From an uncultured Alphaproteobacteria bacterium (GTDB lineage: Bacteria > Pseudomonadota > Alphaproteobacteria > UBA3830): 64,000 nt of DNA. This document shows positions 20,284 to 28,983 of the stretch, in pieces. The stretch spans positions 14,007 through 78,006 of the forward strand of contig CALXQQ010000015.1 of NCBI GenBank assembly GCA_944390775.1. Direction: 5' to 3'. The notes beneath the pieces are model-generated. The model was given only the letters and a program-made list of their open reading frames with translations, made no database searches and was not told where the DNA came from. Made by a program: the position numbers and the translations under genes. Numbering within the stretch: position 1 is the stretch's first letter; each line of letters begins with the position of its first letter.

Positions 20284-21030
20284 ATGACCGTCATGACCCG
20301 AGCTGTGTTAAAAGCGTCGAAGGGGTTATTGCGTGATTTTGCTGAACTAGAAAAGTTACAAGTTTCGATAAAAAGCAACAAGACTTTTGTCACGAGTGCG
20401 GATATTCATGCCAGCAAAGTGCTAAAAGATGAGTTGTTGCACGCACGGCCTAAATATTCGTTTCTCTCAGAAGAACATGAACTGTTGGTCGGCGAAGATT
20501 GTGATCATCGTTGGATTGTCGATCCATTAGATGGAACTGTTAACTATATGCATGGACTTCCCCACTGGGCTATATCTGTGGCTCTAGAGGAAAAAGGTGA
20601 AGTTGTCGCAGCAGTTACTTACGCTCCCGTTATCAATGAGATGTATTGGACGGAAAAAGGTCGAGGCGCTTATCTCAACGATCAAAAGATTCGTGTTTCA
20701 TCCAAGAGATCGCTACCAGAAATTCTCGTATCTTTCGGGAATCTTGCGGAAAGCAAATTACCGCCGATCGCACGTTTGCCTCTTAGCGTTAGAAAGCTTG
20801 GAGCAATGACGTTAGATATGGCATATCTTGCAGCAGGCAGGCTTGATTTGTTGTATTCTTCTCCTAACTCGAATCCGTGGGATATCGCCGCAGGAGCATT
20901 GCTAATACGCGAAGCTGGTGGAGTCTTAGCTGATAGCTCAGCACGTAGTGTCACATCCTATGATAAGATCGAAATGATGGCCAATATCGATCTTCTGGAT
21001 GTTGTTAGAAAATACCAAAACGCAAACTAA
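20284..21030 (+). CDS. suhB: Inositol monophosphatase family protein (SuhB-like)
   Basis: FLSEE, WIVDPLDGTVNYMHGLPHW and WDIAAGALLIREAGG motifs are present. The start is set at ATG 20284 to match the family N-terminus. Confidence 0.85.
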   Translation: MTVMTRAVLKASKGLLRDFAELEKLQVSIKSNKTFVTSADIHASKVLKDELLHARPKYSFLSEEHELLVGEDCDHRWIVDPLDGTVNYMHGLPHWAISVALEEKGEVVAAVTYAPVINEMYWTEKGRGAYLNDQKIRVSSKRSLPEILVSFGNLAESKLPPIARLPLSVRKLGAMTLDMAYLAAGRLDLLYSSPNSNPWDIAAGALLIREAGGVLADSSARSVTSYDKIEMMANIDLLDVVRKYQNAN

Positions 21031-21332
21031 TCTATTATCTTTTCTTGAGATGAAACAGTGATTTTTACGCGTGAAAAGTATTTGCGTCCTATCGCATTGT
21101 TTACTGCATCGAGAATAGCAGCGCTCTCATGCTGTACCTCCAATGCCATTTCACGCACAACTTCTACCTTTAAGATCTTTTCTTTATTTTGTTTGTAGAC
21201 ACTATGTGGCTTTGAAATAAGAGCAAATCTTTCTCCAACGATCTCTACCCAATTATTAAAAACACACATATAAATAGGTTGGGATTTCTTCCCATGAACC
21301 AACTCTTCTGCAGCACTAGAAAATGAATACAT
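21027..21332 (-). CDS. Small DUF721/DciA-like protein (tentative)
   Basis: 101 aa. The pattern NWVEIVGERFALISKP...ILKVEVVREMALEVQHESAAILDAVNNAIG...VKI resembles the DUF721 (DciA) consensus. The call is by pattern only. Confidence 0.45.
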   Translation of the reverse strand: MYSFSSAAEELVHGKKSQPIYMCVFNNWVEIVGERFALISKPHSVYKQNKEKILKVEVVREMALEVQHESAAILDAVNNAIGRKYFSRVKITVSSQEKIID

Positions 21333-21343
21333 TACACAAATCT

Positions 21344-21877
21344 TTACATAAATAATTCATATGGTCGATTCTTCATAAGATAAAGCGCCATCTTTGATGG
21401 AGAAACAAGTATCGCCTTCCCACTTTTTTTCCATACAGCAACATCGATGGCCGCATCACCCGCATAAACAAAATTACCAGCGCCAAATAATTGAGATAAA
21501 GCCGCGGCTTTCACCGCTCCTCTTAAATCCGTGTGCTCATCACTGGCTAGTACTCCATCAAAAATTTGCAAGAAATCTGCTATTTTTTTTGCGAAGCCTG
21601 CTGTACATCCAGTCGCCAGGTATATGTGTGCCCCCTCCTGTTTTTTACTCCGCAAGTAATCTAACAATTTCGTATTATAGGATAGAATTGCTGGATCAAA
21701 ACACACACTACTCGCCAACCGAGCTTTAAAATAACAGCGCCCTTTGCGAATCCACCAAATCATCTTGAATATATTCAGTGGATTCTCGCACAAATAACGC
21801 CATATCATAATACGCGATACATTACCTTTAATTAAGGTACCATCTAAATCTACACAAATAGGACAGCGCTTACACAT
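21344..21877 (-). CDS. HAD-superfamily hydrolase (subfamily IB-like)
   Basis: Motif I is CVDLDGTLIKGN (DxDGT). The late motif is YAGDAAIDVAVWK. Confidence 0.6.
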   Translation of the reverse strand: MCKRCPICVDLDGTLIKGNVSRIMIWRYLCENPLNIFKMIWWIRKGRCYFKARLASSVCFDPAILSYNTKLLDYLRSKKQEGAHIYLATGCTAGFAKKIADFLQIFDGVLASDEHTDLRGAVKAAALSQLFGAGNFVYAGDAAIDVAVWKKSGKAILVSPSKMALYLMKNRPYELFM

Positions 21878-22430
21878 GCTTCTTAGACACGCTTACCATA
21901 GCTGGACGCAGTAGCCTATTGTGATAAGTATATCCCGTCTGCAAAACCTGTGTAACTTTGCCAGCTTCATAAGTGTCGCTTTCTACTTCACACATAGCTT
22001 GATGATACTCATGATTAAAATCATCACCATCGGCTACTTCAACAAGCGAAATACCATGTTTGCGCAAAACCGAAATTAACTCCTTTTGACTGAGCTTGAT
22101 TCCATCCAATAAAGCCAACAAACCATCATTATCTTTAATCTGCTCTTGCAGAGAATCCGCACCAGATATCACACGTTCAAAATTATCAAGAACAGGCAGA
22201 AGATCACGAGCAAAACTGCTATTTGCGTAAGCTACTGCATCCGCCTTCTCTTTTTCCAGACGTTTACGCACGTTCTCAGCTTCTGCTGCTTTTCGTAACA
22301 ACGTATCTTTCAACAGAGCATTTTCCTCTTGCAGCTCAATAACCTGTGACTGATCGCTTTCTGAATGTTCCTCTTCTTGCTCTTCTTGTGTATTAATATC
22401 ATTTTCCATCACATTTCTCCTGTATTTCAC
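21870..22430 (-). CDS. grpE: Nucleotide exchange factor GrpE
   Basis: Acidic N-terminus, a coiled-coil with LRKAAEAENVRKRLEKEK, DLLPVLDNFERV, and the C-terminus GYTYHNRLLRPAMVSV. Confidence 0.9.
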   Translation of the reverse strand: MKYRRNVMENDINTQEEQEEEHSESDQSQVIELQEENALLKDTLLRKAAEAENVRKRLEKEKADAVAYANSSFARDLLPVLDNFERVISGADSLQEQIKDNDGLLALLDGIKLSQKELISVLRKHGISLVEVADGDDFNHEYHQAMCEVESDTYEAGKVTQVLQTGYTYHNRLLRPAMVSVSKKHV

Positions 22431-22815
22431 TCCATTTTTCTCTCACCGGACGAGGTCTACGATGCTCGTTCAAAGCGACCATAACAAATGTTCCCCTGAC
22501 CGCATCTTGTTCACTGTCCTCTCCTTTGCGCTTAATCGTCACAAATACATTGAGAGTAATGGAAGTATTCCCTATCTTCTCAATCTCCGAGTAAACAGAC
22601 ACTTCATCACCAACGAAAATTGGCAAATCAAATATCACATCAGTGATAGCCTTGGTCGCAATACTGCCTCTAGCTAAACGAGCGGCAACTGTGCCTGCCG
22701 CAATATCCATCAAAGATAAAATCCATCCACCAAATATATCACCCCAAGGATTCGTATCAGCTGGAACTGCAATAGTCCGCGATACCAGCACTCTTTCTTT
22801 TCTATTCATTACCAT
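22399..22815 (-). CDS. Acyl-CoA thioester hydrolase (hotdog fold, YciA-like)
   Basis: NPWGDIFGGWILSLMDIAAG...VGDEVSVYSEIEKIGNTSITL is typical of YciA-type thioesterases. The gene overlaps the grpE start by 32 nt. Confidence 0.7.
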   Translation of the reverse strand: MVMNRKERVLVSRTIAVPADTNPWGDIFGGWILSLMDIAAGTVAARLARGSIATKAITDVIFDLPIFVGDEVSVYSEIEKIGNTSITLNVFVTIKRKGEDSEQDAVRGTFVMVALNEHRRPRPVREKWSEIQEKCDGK

Positions 22816-22914
22816 TCTCTACATATCAACATCATACAATAACATTGTTATCTATGTCTATAAAGCTAATAATTATACACTATTTCTTAACGAACTCTAG
22901 CATAACATATCTTT

Positions 22915-23550
22915 ATGAAAAAAATAGTTAATTTGTTTTTTAAAATGATACGCAGGAAAATATCCGGAGCCGCTGTTTTGGAAACAGCACTAACTCTGCC
23001 CCTATTACTTTATCTTGTGTTTTTTATTATTGAAGTATTAAAAATCAAAGACGTACAGCTTTCTGTAGATTCAATGGCAATGGATCTAGCTCTGGAATAT
23101 AGTAGTTCTAAAAGCACTATTAATTTTGATACAATCATCGCAAAATACAAACCTGCCTATGTAAAAAAAGAAGACATATCATACTTTTTTTGCGTCGCTC
23201 AAAATTTAGAAAAACTCTTTAAACACGACTCATATCCAATTGGAGCGTTATTAAACGAAGCAAAATTGGAGATTGAACCAAATGAACATATCAATGGATT
23301 TGGAACAAACTTCCCTTCAGCAGCTGGAGAGATCCTCATTAAGCTAGATAACTACAAAAAACCAGAATCCAATATCAGCAAAAACTTTGCAGATCATAAT
23401 TCAACATTGCAAGGAAAAGCGTTTATGATTACAGTAGTATGTGATTATAAATTTTCCAGTCCTCTTGTTCGCGTACTTTTTGGAGGCGGGTCGAACACAG
23501 CTGGATCGAAATTTTTGCTTTGGGGCAGAGCTGTTAACATTTGTGATTAG
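22915..23550 (+). CDS. TadE-like domain protein (Flp/Tad pilus pseudopilin-like)
   Basis: The N-terminus GAAVLETALTLPLLLYLVFFIIEV matches the TadE-like hydrophobic N-domain. The rest is unrecognised. Confidence 0.5.
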   Translation: MKKIVNLFFKMIRRKISGAAVLETALTLPLLLYLVFFIIEVLKIKDVQLSVDSMAMDLALEYSSSKSTINFDTIIAKYKPAYVKKEDISYFFCVAQNLEKLFKHDSYPIGALLNEAKLEIEPNEHINGFGTNFPSAAGEILIKLDNYKKPESNISKNFADHNSTLQGKAFMITVVCDYKFSSPLVRVLFGGGSNTAGSKFLLWGRAVNICD

Positions 23551-23580
23551 TCTCGTTTAATTCTGAATAACGATAAAAAC

Positions 23581-23609
23581 TTGGAAATAATCAACAAGCG
23601 TGGTATAAT
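23581..23609 (+). promoter_or_regulatory. Sigma-70-type promoter candidate for the parvulin gene
   Basis: TTGGAA (23581-86), a 17-nt spacer, then an extended -10 TGgTATAAT (TATAAT at 23604-09). It lies 35 nt upstream of the ATG at 23644. Confidence 0.55.
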
Positions 23610-23643
23610 GCTTATGAGAATTGTTTGTTTGGAGAACTAAGTT

Positions 23644-24693
23644 ATGAAATCTAATTTTTATTGTGCATTTGCGGTTGTGTCCGCAATGGCTGTGGGCTGT
23701 GCTCACGCGGGAGCTTTGAAAGATTTTCTGTCTTCTAAAAGCGCCAATTCACAAGTAGGTGAAAAACATGAGGAGGAAACTCCTGCAACTGAAACAACAG
23801 CAGAAGCTGCTCCTGCCGATAGCAGCGCGAATGCAGCAGAAGCACCTGTCACGACTGAAGCACCAGCTGCAACAGCGACCCCTAAAGAGAAAAAGAAGAT
23901 CGTTGGAGATCCTGTCGTATTAAGAATCAACGGAAAAGTTGAGTTCCGTCGCAGTCAGATTTTAGAAGAAATGAAGAAAGTGCCGGTACAAATGGTTCAA
24001 GGCATCGATCCTGATAAATTATTCGAAATGCTGAGAGATCAAAAAGCCAACACATATTTGATGGTATCTCAGGCCAAGAAAGCCGGATTAGATCGCACAA
24101 AAGAGTTTTTAGAGCGTTTAGAGATGATCAAAGAAGAGCTATTGGGACGCGAATTGCTAGTAAGAGAGCTTGCTCCTAAGGCAGACAATGAAGCAGCATT
24201 AAAGACTCGCTATACAAAGTACTTGGTCGAGTTCAAAAAAGAAAAAGAGACACAGTTGTTCCACATCATGCTCTCCAAAAAAGAAGATGCAGATGCAGTG
24301 TTGAAAGCTCTTGCTAATGGCGAAGACTTCTCGAAACTTGCAAGAGAGAAGAGCGAAGCTCCCTCTGCACAAAAAGGCGGAGAAGAAGGATACGTCCCTC
24401 TCGCTGTGTTACCTAGCCAGCTCAAAGATCCTTTGATGAAATTGGGCGCAAAAGGAGACTATACAAGAGAGCCTGTCGTCATAGAGAATCGCTATCACAT
24501 ATTCAAAATTGGAGACAGTCGCGACAGCGTTCCTCAAAAGTACGAAGATGCTAAACCTATGTTGCGTCAATTAATCATGCATGAAGAGATGAAAAAATTG
24601 ATTCAACGTCTTGAAAAGCAAGCCAAGGTAGAGAAATTTAACGAAGATGGAACACCATTAGGCGTTGTTTCCACCCCAGCGAGCAACAACTAA
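23644..24693 (+). CDS. Parvulin-type peptidyl-prolyl cis-trans isomerase (PpiC/SurA/PlpA-like), secreted
   Basis: A signal peptide and a low-complexity A/E/T/P linker are followed by a rotamase domain (LFHIMLSKKEDADAVLKALANGEDFSKLAREKSEAPSAQKGGEEGYV...YHIFKI). Confidence 0.75.
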   Translation: MKSNFYCAFAVVSAMAVGCAHAGALKDFLSSKSANSQVGEKHEEETPATETTAEAAPADSSANAAEAPVTTEAPAATATPKEKKKIVGDPVVLRINGKVEFRRSQILEEMKKVPVQMVQGIDPDKLFEMLRDQKANTYLMVSQAKKAGLDRTKEFLERLEMIKEELLGRELLVRELAPKADNEAALKTRYTKYLVEFKKEKETQLFHIMLSKKEDADAVLKALANGEDFSKLAREKSEAPSAQKGGEEGYVPLAVLPSQLKDPLMKLGAKGDYTREPVVIENRYHIFKIGDSRDSVPQKYEDAKPMLRQLIMHEEMKKLIQRLEKQAKVEKFNEDGTPLGVVSTPASNN

Positions 24694-24701
24694 TTTTTAT
24701 A

Positions 24702-24732
24702 GCGGAGTTTATTGCTCCGCGTCTTTTTTTTT
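24702..24732 (+). terminator. Rho-independent terminator
   Basis: GCGGAG(24702-07)/CTCCGC(24715-20) form a stem with a 7-nt loop, followed by GTC and a T9 run. Confidence 0.75.
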
Positions 24733-24803
24733 CGCAAAAATGTGTTAGAATGTAGTGTCGAGGGAGTGTCCTCGGCATTTACTTGTTTATTTTGGAGGTA
24801 AAG

Positions 24804-25001
24804 ATGCCCAAGTTGAAGACTAAAAGTGCAGCTAAAAAGCGTTTTAGTTTTTCTGCAACAGGGAAGGTGTTAGCGCAGGCCGCTTTTAAACGGCACAATT
24901 TGCGGAAACGCCCCCAGAAGATGAAACGTCAGGCACGAGGCACGATGGTTTTGTGTCCGAGCGACGCAAAGACGGTTTTTCGGTTTATGCCCTATAGGTA
25001 G
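24804..25001 (+). CDS. rpmI: 50S ribosomal protein L35
   Basis: [14 protein letters not shown]... with a GGAGG RBS 7 nt upstream. The ORF-track TTG at 24783 is probably not the start. Confidence 0.92.
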   Translation: MPKLKTKSAAKKRFSFSATGKVLAQAAFKRHNLRKRPQKMKRQARGTMVLCPSDAKTVFRFMPYR

Positions 25002-25013
25002 GAGATAGAATAG

Positions 25014-25370
25014 ATGTCTAGAGTCAAAAGAGGAATGAGAGCTAGCGCTCGCCACAAGAAAGTTTTGGGTTTAGCTAAAGGATTTAGAGGACGTTCCTCT
25101 TCCTGCTATCGCCCTGCTTTAGAGCGTTTAGAAAAAGCTATGCAGTATGCATACCGCGATCGTCGCAATAAGAAAAGAGATTTTCGCAAATTGTGGATCT
25201 TACGTATCAATGCTGCCGTGAGAGAGTATGGCTTAAAATATTCTGAGTTTATTTGTGGCCTAAAAAAAGCAGGAATATTGCTAGATCGCAAAGTGTTATC
25301 CAGCTTAGCAATAGAAAACAAGAGCGTATTTGCTGATGTAGTAGCGAAAGTAAAGCAGTCATTAGCTTAG
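25014..25370 (+). CDS. rplT: 50S ribosomal protein L20
   Basis: [18 protein letters not shown]...[23 protein letters not shown]. Confidence 0.95.
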   Translation: MSRVKRGMRASARHKKVLGLAKGFRGRSSSCYRPALERLEKAMQYAYRDRRNKKRDFRKLWILRINAAVREYGLKYSEFICGLKKAGILLDRKVLSSLAIENKSVFADVVAKVKQSLA

Positions 25371-25392
25371 TTTTTTTGTATAGGGAGGGTGT

Positions 25393-25815
25393 ATGATCGA
25401 TAAGATTTGTGAGCTTCCCGAAGGCTATAGACCTTCTGATTCCGAAGCGTTTATGAATGATTTGCAGCGGGAGTATTTTCGACGCAAGTTAGTTGCTTGG
25501 AAAGATGATTTGCTGCGCGGAGATGAGGAGGTCATGAAACATCTTCAAGATGACACTCAACCTGAAGCTGATGTTGTGGATCAGGCGACCACAGAAAGTG
25601 GCTTGGCTCTAGAGCTAAGAACGAAAGAAAGAGCCGTCAAGCTTATGGCCAAAATCGACGCTGCTTTAGCTCGTATTGAGAATAAAACATATGGATATTG
25701 TGCAGAAACTGGCGAGCCAATTGGTTTAAAAAGACTAGAAGCTCGTCCGGTAGCGACTCTTAGCATAGAAGCACAGGAACGCCATGAAAGACAAGAAAAA
25801 CTTAGTCGGACGTAA
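25393..25815 (+). CDS. dksA: RNA polymerase-binding transcription factor DksA
   Basis: The coiled-coil carries a DxxDxA-type tip (DVVDQATTES). The C-terminus is YGYCAETGEPIGLKRLEARPVATLSIEAQERHE, the one-Cys form common in Alphaproteobacteria. Confidence 0.85.
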   Translation: MIDKICELPEGYRPSDSEAFMNDLQREYFRRKLVAWKDDLLRGDEEVMKHLQDDTQPEADVVDQATTESGLALELRTKERAVKLMAKIDAALARIENKTYGYCAETGEPIGLKRLEARPVATLSIEAQERHERQEKLSRT

Positions 25816-25818
25816 CAG

Positions 25819-26712
25819 ATGCAAGTAAAAGAGTGGTTCCTCCGTTTGTTCAAATCAGAGACTCAGTCTGAAAAGGATTCCAAGACGAAGTTTCGCGAAG
25901 ATCTTCGTTTTCTCGCGGTATTCCTGGTGATATTTTCCCTGTTCAGATTTTTTCTATACGATTGGTATATAGTTCCGTCCAGTTCGATGGTCCCTACCCT
26001 ACTCATTGGGGATATGCCTTTTGTTGAAAAATTTACTTATGGATTCAGCAAGCACAGCATTTGGTTTAGTCCGGACATATTTGAAGGTCGCGTTTTATTT
26101 CGCAACAATGTAAAACGGGGCGATGTAATAGTGTTCAAGTATCCCGAATATGCAAATGATCCCACGAATTTCGGATGGGAGTTTGTGAAAAGCAGCTTGG
26201 AACAAATATTGGCTTTCGTGACTCGCTCTCCTAGCCTACCCTCAACCGATATTAACTTGGTTAAAAGAGTTATTGCGCTTCCCGGAGATAAAGTCAGCGT
26301 ACATAACGGCGTAATAAGAGTAAATGGCCAGTCTGCTCAACTCACACCAAAGGGCAAGATGCTCTATCGTGACATTCAAACTGGCGAGTACTTCGATTTA
26401 AAATTGTTTGAAGAAAAGCTTCCATATTCTGATGCTCCGCCACATACTGTCGCATATTTGGATGAGACCATGTCCAGAGGTCCCAACAATTTTGCAGAGA
26501 TTACAGTTCCAGCAGGGCATTATTTCGTTATGGGCGATGATAGAGATTTGTCCAAAGATTCTCGGTGCGGCTTGGGGTTAGTTCCAGAAGAAAATCTCAT
26601 GGGAAAAGCATTATTTAAAGTCTGGTCCATAGACAACGGAGTAAAGTTATATGAACCATGGCTGTGGTTGCAAAATATCAGATTTAGTCGGATATTTAGG
26701 GCAATTATCTAA
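25819..26712 (+). CDS. lepB: Signal peptidase I
   Basis: PSSSMVPTLLIGD (catalytic Ser box), VKRVIALPGD, and GDDRDLSKDSR. Confidence 0.9.
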   Translation: MQVKEWFLRLFKSETQSEKDSKTKFREDLRFLAVFLVIFSLFRFFLYDWYIVPSSSMVPTLLIGDMPFVEKFTYGFSKHSIWFSPDIFEGRVLFRNNVKRGDVIVFKYPEYANDPTNFGWEFVKSSLEQILAFVTRSPSLPSTDINLVKRVIALPGDKVSVHNGVIRVNGQSAQLTPKGKMLYRDIQTGEYFDLKLFEEKLPYSDAPPHTVAYLDETMSRGPNNFAEITVPAGHYFVMGDDRDLSKDSRCGLGLVPEENLMGKALFKVWSIDNGVKLYEPWLWLQNIRFSRIFRAII

Positions 26713-27398
26713 TGCTATCGAAACTTAGTAAGTTAGAATCGATTCTCGGCTATAATTTCAAGCAGCAGAATGATGTGCAAGTTGCGATTGTTCATCCAGG
26801 CTTTCACAAAAACGCACATAATCGTGCAACAGCATTTGAACGGTTGGAATTTTTGGGTGATCGTGTTTTAGGGCTATCGCTTGCTGCACATTTGTACCAA
26901 AAATTTCCCAACGACAAGGAAGGTGATTTAGCCATGCGAATTGCGTCTTTAGCCGGTACTGATTTTCTCATTAGCTTGGCTAAGCGCAAAGGTCTATTGG
27001 ACTGCTTTTCTGTTCCTAAAGATTTTTTCATGTCGCAACACAAAACATCTGCAGCAATAGCAGATATCATGGAGGCAGTCTTAGGATCAATTTTTCTGGA
27101 TTCTGATTTTATGACTGTTCAAAAGGTGGTTTTGTCTCTGTGGAGCGACGACTTGGATAAGGTCGTTTATAAGCAAAAAGATCCCAAGACTTTGCTGCAG
27201 GAAATAACACAAGCCATGAATCGTGAACTACCTGTTTATAGGTTAATCAAAATGAGTGGAGAATTGCACAATCCATTATTTGAAGTGGAGGTCTCGACCT
27301 GTAAATTAACAGAGCGAGGCTATGGAAACACCAAAAAACAAGCAGAACACGATGCTGCAACACGGATATTAAGCAAATTAAAGGAGCAACAATCTTGA
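26712..27398 (+). CDS. rnc: Ribonuclease III
   Basis: The signature is ERLEFLGDRVLGL. A C-terminal dsRBD carries KKQAEHDAATRIL. Confidence 0.92.
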   Translation: MLSKLSKLESILGYNFKQQNDVQVAIVHPGFHKNAHNRATAFERLEFLGDRVLGLSLAAHLYQKFPNDKEGDLAMRIASLAGTDFLISLAKRKGLLDCFSVPKDFFMSQHKTSAAIADIMEAVLGSIFLDSDFMTVQKVVLSLWSDDLDKVVYKQKDPKTLLQEITQAMNRELPVYRLIKMSGELHNPLFEVEVSTCKLTERGYGNTKKQAEHDAATRILSKLKEQQS

Positions 27399-28225
27399 AA
27401 AAATGTGGATTCGTAGCTGTATTGGGAGAAACCAATAGCGGCAAGTCTAGCTTAATTAATCGATTAGTCGGACAAAAAGTGTCGATTACGTCGAGAAAAA
27501 TTCAAACCACTATTGCTCGCGTTTTAGGTATAGCGATACATGGAGATGCACAAATTATATTGGTAGATACACCCGGCTTTTTACGCGGCAAAAACATACG
27601 AGCACTGGATAAAATCGCATGGGGAGCAAGACAAGACAGTAGTGAGATTTTATTCGTCGTCGATTGCACCAAGAAAAATTTCGAAAATAGCTTGAACTTA
27701 CTTCAAAAGATAGATCAGCCTGTATCTCTGGTGCTCAATAAAATCGATTTAATACATAAGCCGTTATTACTAAGCATAATCGACTACTTTCAGAAAGAAA
27801 TAAAATTCAAGAATGTGTTTCTTGTATCTGCCAAAACGGGCAGTGGTGTCGATGTTATCCTAAATTGGCTTGAAGAAGTCATGCCAGAATGCGAATGGAT
27901 ATATCCTGAAGACGAATTTACAGATCTATCCAGCGAAATGTATGCCGCTGAAATAACAAGGGAAAGCATTTTTCACCTACTGCATAAAGAGCTACCTTAT
28001 AGCTGCGTAGTGGAACCCTTGAGCTACAAGATTTTATCTGATGGCTCCATCAAAATTTATCAAAACATTCATGTAAAACACAAGGCGCATCGTATAATAG
28101 TTCTAGGTGCTCACGGACAAAAGATTAAGCACATTAGCCAAACGGCTCGTTTAGAATTAGAAAAGCTCCTAGGAGCCACTGTACATCTATTCCTACACGT
28201 AGTAGTGGATAAAAAAGGAGAATAG
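27395..28225 (+). CDS. era: GTPase Era
   Basis: G1 is GETNSGKSSL, G3 is DTPG and G4 is NKID. A KH domain forms the C-terminus. Confidence 0.9.
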   Translation: MKKCGFVAVLGETNSGKSSLINRLVGQKVSITSRKIQTTIARVLGIAIHGDAQIILVDTPGFLRGKNIRALDKIAWGARQDSSEILFVVDCTKKNFENSLNLLQKIDQPVSLVLNKIDLIHKPLLLSIIDYFQKEIKFKNVFLVSAKTGSGVDVILNWLEEVMPECEWIYPEDEFTDLSSEMYAAEITRESIFHLLHKELPYSCVVEPLSYKILSDGSIKIYQNIHVKHKAHRIIVLGAHGQKIKHISQTARLELEKLLGATVHLFLHVVVDKKGE

Positions 28226-28227
28226 AG

Positions 28228-28983
28228 TTGGATTGGCAAGAAGAATGCATTGTTCTTGGAATAAAGCCTTTTTCAGAAAAATCTAGAATAGTAACTATTT
28301 TTAGCAGTACATTTGGCATTGTATCAGGCGTATGTAACAGCAATAAATTCGCTATTCAAATAGGAGACATTAGCAATGTATCATGGAAAGGAAATAACAT
28401 AGCAAGCTTGGGAAGAATTGTAATAGAAAACATTTTTTCTCCATTTATATATTTAGCCAGAAATGCAGAAGGTTTATTCGCCTTAGAAAGTGCGTGTTCT
28501 CTCTGCAAGCAAGGCTTACCAGAAGGGGCTCCTCACCGTGAATTATTTGATCAGCTCCGACAACTAATCCTTGGTCTGATAGATGAGCAACGATTGAAGC
28601 AATATCTACTATTTGAAATTACATTTCTAGCTGCTGCTGGTATGGGCTTAGATTTCTCAAAATGCGCTATCACAGGACAAAAAGGAAACTTAGCATATAT
28701 ATCGGCACGTACTGGCAGATGTGTTATCAAAGAAGTCGGCGAACAATATTGGCGAGCAAAGCCTGATCATGTGTTCAAACTGCCACGATTTTTAACTGAT
28801 ATGAGCGTAGAACCAACAAACGAGGATATTCTTGCTGCATTAAATATTACTGGACATTTTTTAAGAACCTATTTCTGTGGTATAAACGGAGGCACACTGC
28901 CACTGTATAGAGAATATCTTCTATCTCAGTTGAGGCATAATAATACTGGAGAGGTAAATGAGAATTGGTGTTGTTGTCAATAA
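28228..28983 (+). CDS. recO: DNA repair protein RecO
   Basis: It follows the lepB-rnc-era-recO synteny. The N-terminal OB-fold pattern is EECIVLGIKPFSEKSRIVTIFS. The start codon is TTG. Confidence 0.75.
   Translation: MDWQEECIVLGIKPFSEKSRIVTIFSSTFGIVSGVCNSNKFAIQIGDISNVSWKGNNIASLGRIVIENIFSPFIYLARNAEGLFALESACSLCKQGLPEGAPHRELFDQLRQLILGLIDEQRLKQYLLFEITFLAAAGMGLDFSKCAITGQKGNLAYISARTGRCVIKEVGEQYWRAKPDHVFKLPRFLTDMSVEPTNEDILAALNITGHFLRTYFCGINGGTLPLYREYLLSQLRHNNTGEVNENWCCCQ

Noticed and set aside
22839-22851. 13-nt palindrome ATAACA-T-TGTTAT in the divergent thioesterase/TadE-like intergenic region. A similar imperfect palindrome lies at 2065-2084, upstream of carD.
   Set aside because: Short AT-rich palindromes are expected by chance in about 100-nt AT-rich spacers, and they match no known operator consensus (CIRCE, LexA, Fur).
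25393-25815. DksA lacks the four-Cys zinc finger (only one Cys, YGYCAETGEP...TLSIEAQ)
   Set aside because: To my knowledge the one-Cys form is the normal alphaproteobacterial DksA, so it is not unusual.
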